A stretch of DNA of 64,000 bases. It comes from Fibrobacteria bacterium (GTDB lineage Bacteria; Fibrobacterota; Fibrobacteria; UBA11236). The notes beneath the pieces were generated by a model. It was not told the DNA's origin, ran no database searches, and was given only the letters and a program-made list of their open reading frames with translations. Positions 38,693 through 48,135 of the stretch are shown here, piece after piece; the stretch's first letter is position 1; every line of letters begins with the position of its first letter. The stretch spans positions 32,001-96,000 of the forward strand of contig JBGTHM010000100.1 of the NCBI GenBank assembly GCA_041746255.1. The letters are read 5' to 3'. A program made the translations under genes and the position numbers.

Positions 38693-40585
38693 ATGCTGTC
38701 GCAAGAAGAATTCATCGGCCTCAAGTTCGAGAAATGCCGCATCGAAAGGCTTATCGGAAGAGGGGGTTATGGCCTGACCTTCCTGGCCTTCGATGAAGAG
38801 CTTCTGGAAGACCGCGTCATCAAGATCTGCCAAACTCCCCTTAATGCAGGCGCTGACACCGAATCGCGCCTGAAGCCTTTCATTGATGAAGGCCTCATCC
38901 TCAGCAGGTTGAAACACCCGCAAATCGTTACCTTACGAGCCCAGGGTGAGCTTTACCGGCATCGCTACATGCTGCTCGACTATATTCATGGCCATAGCTT
39001 CAAGGCCATCCTGGATGCCGTATCCAACCGCTCCCGGGAGCTGGGGTGCCCCTGGGGGGATCTCCTCGACCCGCCTACCGCTTCGGCCCTCATTCTCAGC
39101 AGCCTCTATCCCTTGGCCTACGCCCATAGCGCGAACATACATCTTCACGATCGGGAGATTTTCGGAGTAGCCCACCGGGACGTCGCTCCTGGCAATTTGA
39201 TTCTGGGGGCCAAGGGAAACGAAAAGAACAAAGTCATCCTTATCGATTTCGGAACGGCCAAGACCAGCTTGCAGGAAAGCGTAACCGTCAACCAAAACCT
39301 GGTGGGTACCGTACCCTATATGAGCAAGGCTCGCTTACAAAAGGCCACCGCTTCCGACCGGAACAGCAAACATCAAGAGTTCTGGCAAAGCTTTCGGGAG
39401 ACCCGGCATGACGTGCACAGCATGGGGGTTTTATACTACCAGATGCTGACAGGCGACCTCCTTTTCTCGGGAGATACCACTCCGCAGGTAATTGTGCAAA
39501 TCCTGGATCCGGAGAATTATTTCCAATGCTATGAAACCATTAAGACATTGCATGAACCTGTCGGCTCAATAATTCGTAAGTCTATAATCTATTATGACTT
39601 CGAGAAATCTCTCGATAATCAGGATTATCAATTTCCCGATGCTTTAGCCATGCTCCAAGCCATGGAAAAGATGTATTCCCAGGCATTCGGGGAAATTGAC
39701 TATCGGACCCGCCTTGAAAGGTTGAATGCCAAACTAGCCGACTTGCAAACCCTCATCCCCACTACCGGTCCCAGGAGAATGGCAGCGCACCTGACCCAGG
39801 AGCTCCCCCCCGCTACACCTTCCACCCATCCCGTCCAGGATTTTCAGGGGAAGCTGGTCGATTCTACCCAAAGTCGATTTTCGGGCATAGGCGCACTCGG
39901 GTTACTGCTCATTTCCGTAGTAGGTGGCGCATATTGGCTCCTGCATTCCCAGCGACCTGCGAAACCCGTGATGGCTCTGGACAGATTGGAAAGCCTTGCC
40001 AACGACTCCGCACTTCCTCCTTCCCGATTATCGGAAAAACCGGTAGCCAGACCCGGCGGTCATTCGAACCGCCAAGCCCCGGTAGTTGCGCATACCGAAA
40101 AGCCCCAAGCGAAGCCCGAAAAAGGTGATGAGCCCCGCCCCTTGGATGAAGCCACCCTCGTGCCTGATATAAGGGAGTCGACGTTACCCCGCGAGCGGTT
40201 TATCGAAGCCCAAACACTGGTGCGAACGGGCAAGGCCGATGCCCTTGGCCGGGTCGAATCGTTGTTGGGTGAATATCCGGACTCTCCCGATTTGCTCTTC
40301 CTGAGCTGTAAAATCATGGAGAAAGTGGAACCTCCTCCACCCAAATTGAGAACTGCACTGGTACAACTGCAACAAGCCGCCCCCTCACACCTGCACCCCC
40401 AGGTTTTTCAGGAAAACATCCTTTTCATGCTGTGGCAGGTGGATAGCCGCCGCTTCGAGATTACGGGACAGGCCTCGGATAAAATCGATATGATCAAATC
40501 CGGCCATAAATACCTGGCCAAATACAGGGAAAATCCCCGCTTTCAGGAAAAATCCCGGTTAATCGAGCAAAAGCTGCATAACTAG
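38693..40585 (+). CDS. Membrane-anchored Hanks-type Ser/Thr protein kinase
   Basis: GRGGYG, VIK, HPQIV, HRDVAPGN, DFG, GTVPYMS; TM helix and a helical periplasmic tail. Confidence 0.88.
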   Translation: MLSQEEFIGLKFEKCRIERLIGRGGYGLTFLAFDEELLEDRVIKICQTPLNAGADTESRLKPFIDEGLILSRLKHPQIVTLRAQGELYRHRYMLLDYIHGHSFKAILDAVSNRSRELGCPWGDLLDPPTASALILSSLYPLAYAHSANIHLHDREIFGVAHRDVAPGNLILGAKGNEKNKVILIDFGTAKTSLQESVTVNQNLVGTVPYMSKARLQKATASDRNSKHQEFWQSFRETRHDVHSMGVLYYQMLTGDLLFSGDTTPQVIVQILDPENYFQCYETIKTLHEPVGSIIRKSIIYYDFEKSLDNQDYQFPDALAMLQAMEKMYSQAFGEIDYRTRLERLNAKLADLQTLIPTTGPRRMAAHLTQELPPATPSTHPVQDFQGKLVDSTQSRFSGIGALGLLLISVVGGAYWLLHSQRPAKPVMALDRLESLANDSALPPSRLSEKPVARPGGHSNRQAPVVAHTEKPQAKPEKGDEPRPLDEATLVPDIRESTLPRERFIEAQTLVRTGKADALGRVESLLGEYPDSPDLLFLSCKIMEKVEPPPPKLRTALVQLQQAAPSHLHPQVFQENILFMLWQVDSRRFEITGQASDKIDMIKSGHKYLAKYRENPRFQEKSRLIEQKLHN

Positions 40586-40658
40586 AATTGCCCTTTAAAA
40601 TATCGCCGGCTTTTGGTAAATTAAGCCCCGTCAGAAGATTACCTCATAAAGGATAACC

Positions 40659-41108
40659 ATGTATTCAGTGATTGTTAGCGGCGGTTTACAGCATAAAATC
40701 ACGCTGGGCGAGACCCTGAAATTGCCCAAAATCGAAGCCGGCATCGGTGATGAACTGTCGGTCTCGGAAGTGCTCCTATACTCCGACGAAGGGAAAGTCC
40801 ATGTGGGCACTCCTATCGTTGCGGATGCCGTGATTAAACTCGAAGTGCTCTCGCAAGGTCGCGAAGATAAAATCATCGTCTTTAAGCGCAAGGCACGTAA
40901 ACGCTATCGTTTGACGCGAGGACATCGCCAACCCTTTACCGAAGTCTTGGTAACCGAGATGGGTTTGGGTGCGACCAAACATGCAGTGGAAGATACGATA
41001 AAGGTACGGGCCCGTGCGCGCATCGTCGCACTCGAAGCCCAGAAGGCGCAAATCACAAAACCCACGCGAGCCCAAAAGGTTGCCGCGGCGCAAAAGGTCG
41101 AGGCGTAA
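40659..41108 (+). CDS. rplU: 50S ribosomal protein L21 with C-terminal extension
   Basis: MYSVIVSGGLQ, VGTP.V, KIIVFK.K.RK.Y....GHRQ. Confidence 0.96.
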   Translation: MYSVIVSGGLQHKITLGETLKLPKIEAGIGDELSVSEVLLYSDEGKVHVGTPIVADAVIKLEVLSQGREDKIIVFKRKARKRYRLTRGHRQPFTEVLVTEMGLGATKHAVEDTIKVRARARIVALEAQKAQITKPTRAQKVAAAQKVEA

Positions 41109-41139
41109 ACCCCGGCTTCGCTTCAAAAAGGATTGAAAA

Positions 41140-41406
41140 ATGGCTCATAAAAAAGGACTTGGCAGTACACGGAACGGTCGGGACTCCAACCCGAAATACC
41201 GTGGTGTGAAAAAATTCGGCGGTCAAACCGTGATTGCCGGGAATATCATCGTACGTCAAAAGGGGACCAAATGGCATCCCGGTACCAACGTGGGAATGGG
41301 ACGCGACTTTACGATTTTCTCACTTATCGAGGGTGTAGTCTCCTTTGAACGCTTCGACAAAACCCGTCAGAAAATCAGCGTCAAACCCTTGGCTTCAGCC
41401 GCCTGA
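41140..41406 (+). CDS. rpmA: 50S ribosomal protein L27
   Basis: [26 protein letters not shown]. Confidence 0.98.
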   Translation: MAHKKGLGSTRNGRDSNPKYRGVKKFGGQTVIAGNIIVRQKGTKWHPGTNVGMGRDFTIFSLIEGVVSFERFDKTRQKISVKPLASAA

Positions 41407-41440
41407 GGGTATAAAGCCTCGTATCGACAAGGTAACCTTA

Positions 41441-41470
41441 AGCCTTCCGGTTCTCCGGAGGGCTTTTTTT
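41441..41470 (+). terminator. Intrinsic terminator after rpmA
   Basis: AGCCTTCCGG-TTCT-CCGGAGGGCT followed by a T-run. Confidence 0.85.
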
Positions 41471-41548
41471 ATCGGCAAATATAGCCGCCTCCCGCTAACC
41501 ATCCACAGCATGTGGCTCGCGCGGTACCGGTTTCGTATCATATTGGCC

Positions 41549-44203
41549 ATGCGCTTTCTGTACCCGGGAATTGCCGCCTCCTTCGGATTATTGTTGATGG
41601 GATGCCCCTCGGACCCCCAAAGACAAAATTTCGACTACCTTCGCACTGCGTCCCACTTTGCTGTGGATGCCGTGGATGACGATCATGCCGCCTGTGATGA
41701 TCCACAACCCCATTTCACTTCCGCGCAAGAATGTCGCGATACCAAAAAGTTCTTATTGCGATGGGAGCGTCCGGAAGAATCCGAAGGCCTTACCGCCTAC
41801 CGCATCTACCTGGATACCCTGCCCCCAAATGCACCGGCCGGAAGGGACTGGAGATACGTGCAGGACCGGCCGGAATTTGCCTCCGTAATCGTGACGGATA
41901 TTTCTCGAAGAACCGACAGCCTCTTGTTTTTCCTGACCGATTCTCCTATGGGGCAGGATACCCTGAGCTCCGATAGACGGCATATCATCGCTTTTGATAG
42001 CACGGGAAGAGCCAGCGGAGACGACGGTCGCTATGTATTCGCCCTGGTCACCCAATATAGAGAAGGGCGCGGCAAAGGTCTCTGGCGTGATACCTATCTC
42101 ATTTCCGATGATAAATTCCCCCCGCTTCCCTTTTCGCCGCAAATCACGGTTTTGGCCCGGGAAATCCGGATGCAATGGCGTCGCCCTACCGACCCCACCA
42201 GCCTATTCAATCCATCCGCCGACCGGGGTACTATCCGGCACTATCGCCTGAAGATCATTGCTGCCAACGCAATCAGAACTGCGACTTTCAGAGGCTTGAA
42301 CGACACCCGGGTAAAATCGTACCAGGTGGGCGGAAACGAGCGGGTGGATGAAATTCGGGATTCCGTTGATATCCGAGAGCAATCCACCGGGAAAATCATT
42401 TCCAAATATCTTACTCTCCCGGACGGGAACGGCGCCTTACTGGAAGTGGGTAAGGAGGCCTTGGACAGCATTTCCCTTCAGTTGGAGGGCTTTTACCCAC
42501 TTGATACCATTAGCGTCGAGCTGGAGGCTGTCGATAGCAGTGGCAATAGTAACAGCCGCGCCATGCAAAAAATTACCCTTATCTTAACGGATACCACTCA
42601 GCCTTCCCTGCCGCGCTTATCCGTATTGGATACCAGCCGAAACCAACTGATAGTGGCTTGGACCGCCAGCCGCGATTCCTTGCCCGGGCCGAGTGGCGCG
42701 TTGCGCGAAGGAGACCGGCCCAACCAGAATATCGCGGAATACCGTTTCTCCCTGAACTCGGGCGCCGGAGCAGTGGAAAGGGTTCGACGCGTGGTCGCCT
42801 CCAATCGGGAAAATGAAATTTTCGAAGACACTTTGAAGTTCCTGCCTCCGGGTACGACCTATATGCTGAAAGTTTTCGCCATCGATTCGACCGGCCACAA
42901 ATCCCGTATCGACTCCATCCAGGTCGCAACCTTGCCGGTGGCCTTCGCCGATACCACCCTGAAATGCCCGGAAGGATATATCCGGATGCCGAGACGGAAT
43001 TTCACCTTGGGACAGAGCGGAAGTACCCGGGATGAAACCCCGTTGGAAATTGAAAATGAGCCTTTTTGTATTGAGCAATCTGAGCATCGCAATGCGGATG
43101 GTTTCATCTACGGAGTAACCTGGGAAGAAGCCTTCGACACCTGCGACGATTTAAACTCCACTCAGGAGGGAAGCGGACTGCGTTTCCAATTGTGTTCGGA
43201 GGCGCAATGGGAAAGGGCTTGCAAAGGCGCCGACTCCATTCCGCATCAATACGGATTGCAAGGCGATCCCATTACTCCCTCCCTTTTGCAGAATTCCTGT
43301 AACCAGGGAACCAACGATTCCCTGATGGCTCAGTCGCTTGCCCTGCGCGACAACTCTTGCCTTAGCAACGAAGGTGTCTACGATTTGGCCGGCAACTTTT
43401 CCGAGTGGGTACTGGACGAATATGATTCCACGGGTTATGCCAATGTGGAAAAGCCCGGCTTACATCCCGAAGCGCCGATAAAAAGACCGGAAGCCCTGCA
43501 TGTTTTCCGGGGCGGAAATTTTCTGCGACCCAATATTCCCGCCGCCGAAATGCAAAAGCTGGCGCGGTGCTCCAACCGCGACTACCCCATGCAGGTCAGG
43601 CCCAAATTCAAGGATTCGTGCCGCTCCCTAGAAAATCCCAATGCCCCCAAAATCGTTATCGTATTCGACGAAAACCTTTTGGAAGGGCATTTTTGCCGGG
43701 ATATCCCCAATGAATTGCAGGGAAAAACCATCCGGGAAATAATACCCAATCCTAGAGATACCGTTACGAATGTAACGCAGCTCTTCCTTTTCTACCTCGA
43801 CGGATCCGAGGAAAAGCGGCATATCATGGACATCAGCCATGGCAAGGATGAACCGTTCGGCAATCGCCGTCCAGTGCGGGCCGCGCTTACGAGCCGGGCC
43901 CTGATGGAAGTCTTTTTCGAAAAGTCCGGAACCAACGAGAGCGTTGCCGATACGCTGGATGCCCGTAATTTAAAAGACACTACGAATACCGTGGCCAAAG
44001 CGGCGATTTTCCGTCGTGAGACCAATAAGTCATGGCAGGCCGCGAAATGGGAAAATGGCGACTTTAAAATCAATTATCTCTTCGGATTTCCCGTTACCGG
44101 CACCAAGCCGGCCAAGCGGTATTATTCCAGCCCCGCCATTGGATTCCGATGCTGCAGCCTGCCGATCAAGGACTCTACCCCTCCCGTTACCCTCGCGCCT
44201 TAA
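41549..44203 (+). CDS. Lipoprotein with FN3-like domains and FGE/SUMF1-like (C-type lectin fold) domain
   Basis: LMGC lipobox; FN3-like W..P, AVDSSGN, LPPGTTY; CPEG, LCSEAQWERAC, YDLAGNFSEW, RGG, IGFRCC. Confidence 0.82.
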   Translation: MRFLYPGIAASFGLLLMGCPSDPQRQNFDYLRTASHFAVDAVDDDHAACDDPQPHFTSAQECRDTKKFLLRWERPEESEGLTAYRIYLDTLPPNAPAGRDWRYVQDRPEFASVIVTDISRRTDSLLFFLTDSPMGQDTLSSDRRHIIAFDSTGRASGDDGRYVFALVTQYREGRGKGLWRDTYLISDDKFPPLPFSPQITVLAREIRMQWRRPTDPTSLFNPSADRGTIRHYRLKIIAANAIRTATFRGLNDTRVKSYQVGGNERVDEIRDSVDIREQSTGKIISKYLTLPDGNGALLEVGKEALDSISLQLEGFYPLDTISVELEAVDSSGNSNSRAMQKITLILTDTTQPSLPRLSVLDTSRNQLIVAWTASRDSLPGPSGALREGDRPNQNIAEYRFSLNSGAGAVERVRRVVASNRENEIFEDTLKFLPPGTTYMLKVFAIDSTGHKSRIDSIQVATLPVAFADTTLKCPEGYIRMPRRNFTLGQSGSTRDETPLEIENEPFCIEQSEHRNADGFIYGVTWEEAFDTCDDLNSTQEGSGLRFQLCSEAQWERACKGADSIPHQYGLQGDPITPSLLQNSCNQGTNDSLMAQSLALRDNSCLSNEGVYDLAGNFSEWVLDEYDSTGYANVEKPGLHPEAPIKRPEALHVFRGGNFLRPNIPAAEMQKLARCSNRDYPMQVRPKFKDSCRSLENPNAPKIVIVFDENLLEGHFCRDIPNELQGKTIREIIPNPRDTVTNVTQLFLFYLDGSEEKRHIMDISHGKDEPFGNRRPVRAALTSRALMEVFFEKSGTNESVADTLDARNLKDTTNTVAKAAIFRRETNKSWQAAKWENGDFKINYLFGFPVTGTKPAKRYYSSPAIGFRCCSLPIKDSTPPVTLAP

Positions 44204-45384
44204 GCCCGATCGGCGAAGGTAGACATCCCGATTTGACTCCAGATTTTTCGGGTAAGGGAGCTAACGGAAGCGGCTGGAATGTCGGCCTCCGATACCCAAA
44301 AATAACCCTCTCCCATTTTCGGCTGCTTTTTTTTAGCCGGGAATTCCACCCGGCATATTTCCACCGAAAGCTGGCTATGCATGATGCCATGCCGGATGAC
44401 AATGCCCGAAGGAGAGAGTCGGAGAAGCGGCCAATCGACAAACCCCTCTCGGCACCGTTTTTCCAATTCATCGCTTCCCGTGGCTTGAATCAGTGGGAAG
44501 GACGGTAGACCTGCCAGCCATTCGGGCTTGCGGGGAATGCGCAGTAAAACCTGATTTTTCCAGACGACAATCAGGGCGTAACCGCGCCACTTGCGCGCCT
44601 CCGGCCTGGGTTTGGGTGGCGGCAATTTTGACTGAAGGTTTTTCTCGAAGGCCAGGCAACGGCTGGACAAGGGGCAGGCTTCGCATTTGGGATTGCGTGG
44701 AAGGCAAACCAGCGCGCCCAATTCCATTAAGCCCTCATTGACCTTGGCCGGTTCGCCGGCAATCACCCATTCTCGCGCCCGCGCCCAATAAACCCGCTTC
44801 CCCTCTTTGCTACCCGGCAAAAAGGGGATTTGATGAAATCGACTGAATACACGGATCAGGTTGCCATCGAGAATCGGTTCAGGAAGGTTAAATGCCAAGC
44901 TGAGGATAGCACCGGCCGTATAGTCTCCGATTCCGGGTAGCGCCAGCAGTTCCTTGCGGGTGCTGGGGAAGCGACCTCCATAACTCGAAACCAACAGGCG
45001 CGCCGTTGCAAGTAGATTTCGTCCGCGCGAATAATAACCAAGCCCCGCCCAGGATTTGAGTACTTCCTCTTCTTCCGCGGCGGCAAGGGATGCGAGGTCT
45101 GGAAAGCGAAGCATCCACCGTTCGAAATAATCGATTACGGTGACGACCTGGGTTTGCTGAAGCATGATTTCCGAAATCCAGGTGCGATAGGGGTCCCGTC
45201 GCGTTAGCGATAAGGGTTGAGGAGCGCCCTCGGATTGTGACATGGCCTCGATGGGCTCAGCCACCCGGTTAACGGAATCCGCCGATTCCTCACGCCAAGG
45301 CAAAGAGCGGCGGGTAGAGGAAAACCAGTCTGTCAAACGGCTCACTTGCCGGGAAAAGGTATCGGAAGTCGCGGTTTTGATCAT
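44200..45384 (-). CDS. mutY: A/G-specific adenine glycosylase
   Basis: LPWR, WISEIMLQQTQV, WAGLGYYSR, LPGIGDYTAGAI, DGN, C-X6-C-X2-C-X5-C. Confidence 0.95.
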   Translation of the reverse strand: MIKTATSDTFSRQVSRLTDWFSSTRRSLPWREESADSVNRVAEPIEAMSQSEGAPQPLSLTRRDPYRTWISEIMLQQTQVVTVIDYFERWMLRFPDLASLAAAEEEEVLKSWAGLGYYSRGRNLLATARLLVSSYGGRFPSTRKELLALPGIGDYTAGAILSLAFNLPEPILDGNLIRVFSRFHQIPFLPGSKEGKRVYWARAREWVIAGEPAKVNEGLMELGALVCLPRNPKCEACPLSSRCLAFEKNLQSKLPPPKPRPEARKWRGYALIVVWKNQVLLRIPRKPEWLAGLPSFPLIQATGSDELEKRCREGFVDWPLLRLSPSGIVIRHGIMHSQLSVEICRVEFPAKKKQPKMGEGYFWVSEADIPAASVSSLTRKIWSQIGMSTFADRA

Positions 45385-45410
45385 GGAATAAGCGAATAAG
45401 AATTAGGATA

Positions 45411-46583
45411 TTACAAACGGGCGGATTCGATGACCACCTGCTGCAATTGCTCCGGAGAGTTGTAGACATGCGGAGAAAAACGCAGACGTCCCAATCTTTC
45501 TGCCGCAACGATGCCGCGCTCACGAAGCCGCGCTACCGTACGAGTAGCGTCCAGGCCGCTTTTTTCCACCACGACGATAGCGGTAGGTTCGGAATATCCG
45601 GAGGATAAAATACGAAACCCTTCGTGGGCGAGCCCTGCAGCCAATTGGGAGGCAAGCTCGTGCAACCTTTTCCTGACGGCGACAAACCCCAGCTGCGCCA
45701 GAAAATCGAGTGAAGCGCGCCAATAGATCCAATCGTTGAAATTCGGCGTCGAGTATGTGTATCGACCCGTGTGAGGCTTGAGCTCTTGGCGATACGGCAA
45801 ATACTTCCCGTCATTAATTACCGATTCGGTGCCCTTGAAGGGATAGCGAAGTTCCGCCAGTCGCTCACGGGCCGCATAAAGGCCTCCTATACCCAGAGGG
45901 CCCAGTAACCACTTCCAGCCTGAAAAAGCCATGTAGTCTATGCCCCACTCACGGGGACGCAAATCAACATGTCCGATGCCCTGGGCCGCATCGACAGCGA
46001 AGCGGATATCCCGCTCCCGGCATAAAGCGCCTATATCCCGCAAGGGCAAGGGCATTCCCGTGCACCAATGCACCGCGGAAAGCGTGACAAACCGAGTCCT
46101 GGCAGTCAAAGCCTCCATGAAATTCCCTAGAAAATCGGTCGGGGTTTCAGCCATGGGAATGAATTTCAGGTCCACCCCCTTATCGCGCCAATGTTCCCAG
46201 GGATAGACATTACTGGGATACTCGTTTTCAAGCAACAGGATTTCATCCCCGGATTGAAAGGTCAGACCATGCGAGATCAGGTTCATTCCCTCTGAAGTAT
46301 TATGGATGACGGCCAGTTCTTCTGTCTCCACCGCCAATATTTCCGACAAATGCCGGAGAATGTCTGACTGGACATCCAGGTATGAGACGCCTTCCGCTAA
46401 TATCCCACTATGGGAATAGCTTTCCAGAAAAGCGGAAACGGCTTTTACGGCCGGGTTCCCTGCAGGCGTGGTACCACAATTATTAACCCAAATGAACCTT
46501 GAATTGACGGGGTACGCCGCATACGCAGCATGCCAATCCGGGCATAAAGAAGTCGTTGAGCTCTCGGATGGGGAGCCGTTCAC
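45411..46583 (-). CDS. Class V PLP-dependent aminotransferase / C-S lyase-like enzyme
   Basis: NTSEG, EYPSN, VDAAQ, FSGWKWLLGP, LRFSPHVYN; no SufS-type RxGxHC motif. Confidence 0.88.
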   Translation of the reverse strand: MNGSPSESSTTSLCPDWHAAYAAYPVNSRFIWVNNCGTTPAGNPAVKAVSAFLESYSHSGILAEGVSYLDVQSDILRHLSEILAVETEELAVIHNTSEGMNLISHGLTFQSGDEILLLENEYPSNVYPWEHWRDKGVDLKFIPMAETPTDFLGNFMEALTARTRFVTLSAVHWCTGMPLPLRDIGALCRERDIRFAVDAAQGIGHVDLRPREWGIDYMAFSGWKWLLGPLGIGGLYAARERLAELRYPFKGTESVINDGKYLPYRQELKPHTGRYTYSTPNFNDWIYWRASLDFLAQLGFVAVRKRLHELASQLAAGLAHEGFRILSSGYSEPTAIVVVEKSGLDATRTVARLRERGIVAAERLGRLRFSPHVYNSPEQLQQVVIESARL

Positions 46584-46597
46584 CCGATTGTAAACCT

Positions 46598-46975
46598 TTA
46601 ATTCTTCGGCTCAGGGGAGTATCCGCCCCTGGGATCACCGTAAACCGTCTCTATTTTTTCTCCGGCAAACTTCATGCCAGTGACAAGCGCGCCCTTCCGA
46701 TCCAGGTATTCCCAGGTCGCATCTGCATCCGCGGTCCTGTCGGGTGCTCCATAAAGCTGAAAAACCAGTTCCTTGGTCATTCCTTCGACAACATAACCTG
46801 TCAAAAAGGCCTGCCTGACGCTTTCCGGAATTCCGTAACCGTTTTGAACCACGAAATGATGGCGTTCCTCAACCGGTAGGCCTCTCTCGGCAAGAGGACG
46901 GTTATATGTCGAGGAGCAAGCCGCTAATCCAGCCAAACTCCCAATTGCAATCCATTTGCCTAACGATAATCGCAT
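46598..46975 (-). CDS. Small lipoprotein with SmpA/BamE-like motif
   Basis: LAAC lipobox; GMTKELV...YGAP.......WEY; GGAGG RBS. Confidence 0.65.
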   Translation of the reverse strand: MRLSLGKWIAIGSLAGLAACSSTYNRPLAERGLPVEERHHFVVQNGYGIPESVRQAFLTGYVVEGMTKELVFQLYGAPDRTADADATWEYLDRKGALVTGMKFAGEKIETVYGDPRGGYSPEPKN

Positions 46976-47164
46976 TCAGTGAACCTCCCTATGCCGAATT
47001 CCCACGCCTTCCGGTTGTTTAAATTTAATTGGCTTTTCCGATTAAGTCCATATAGTTTGGGAAGTTGGCAAAGTTTTTAACTGCCGGGGCCCGCCGGCAA
47101 CCGAGTTTATTCAATTTCTATTTATTTTTCCCCCAACTCATCCACCGCCGGATGCTGTACTTCC

Positions 47165-48130
47165 ATGCAAAAGGTGAAAAGAAACCAGGGAACCCAAATT
47201 GTGATAATCCAGGTATTCACTAAATTACCCAGGCGAATGGCCTTCATTTTCCTGCTTGGTTTGGGGTGGACGACTACACACGCAGAAACTCCACAGGAGC
47301 AGAATTCGGGAAAATGGCGGTTCGGACCCTATGTCGTTAACAGTCTCTCAGCCGCCATGACCCCATTTGCAACTGATTTGAGCCTACCCCATCTCGGCTA
47401 TCATTTTAAATTGGGGTGGATGGAGCCCATAGTATGGGAACCCGGCAGTATTTTTCATGCGACCTATTTTGAAAGCATCGTCAAAGCGAATATCACCCCA
47501 TACCAAGCCGATGTAGGAACCGCCTTCAACATCAAACCCTTACGATTCCTCGATGTGGGGTTGAGTTACAATCGCCTTCAGTTCCTAAAAAGCAGGGTTA
47601 CCTTCGCGAGCGAGGAGGCACTCCCCCCCACCCAGTCGTGGCGCCCCGATCGTATCCATACCCGCAATGGCGGGTGGGGCGGCGCGGACGTATTCACATT
47701 TAACCTTGGCTTGACAGTGAAAATGCAGCGGCTGACTTTGCTGGGGCGGGGAACGCATGCACTGTGGGACGTTAAAAGCCGAGGCGGAGCTTATGTCTTT
47801 GAATACAGAAATAATATGTTAATCCGAACCAGCGATCGCATCAATATGCTCGAGGCTCAAGCGCATTTCAATTTGAACCCTTGGGCGCCCATCAGCCTTA
47901 AAGCCACGAATAAATATTGGAACGCAAATCGATCCGGTGTTGAGCAAAACCGGATAGCTGCCGGATTCACCGGACTTCGATGGGGAACTAACGGAAGGAA
48001 TGAAAAACGGGGCCTGGATTTACTTCTCGGAAAATGGACTTTACATCCCCACGTATCCACCCGCTCTCTGAAAGATTCCTTCGTATTGATTTTGGATTGG
48101 AGTTGGGACGTCAGATTTCTGGAGATTTGA
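47165..48130 (+). CDS. Hypothetical exported protein, possible outer-membrane beta-barrel
   Basis: Signal-like segment; alternating amphipathic beta pattern rich in aromatics; start may be 47237. Confidence 0.55.
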   Translation: MQKVKRNQGTQIVIIQVFTKLPRRMAFIFLLGLGWTTTHAETPQEQNSGKWRFGPYVVNSLSAAMTPFATDLSLPHLGYHFKLGWMEPIVWEPGSIFHATYFESIVKANITPYQADVGTAFNIKPLRFLDVGLSYNRLQFLKSRVTFASEEALPPTQSWRPDRIHTRNGGWGGADVFTFNLGLTVKMQRLTLLGRGTHALWDVKSRGGAYVFEYRNNMLIRTSDRINMLEAQAHFNLNPWAPISLKATNKYWNANRSGVEQNRIAAGFTGLRWGTNGRNEKRGLDLLLGKWTLHPHVSTRSLKDSFVLILDWSWDVRFLEI

Positions 48131-48135
48131 AGCAT

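Noticed and set aside
42960..44203. Diversity-generating retroelement target
   Set aside because: The fold is compatible, but no reverse transcriptase or template/variable repeat pair is visible in the window.
45411..46583. Cysteine desulfurase (SufS/IscS) call
   Set aside because: The catalytic Cys loop motif is missing, so only a class V family call is supported.
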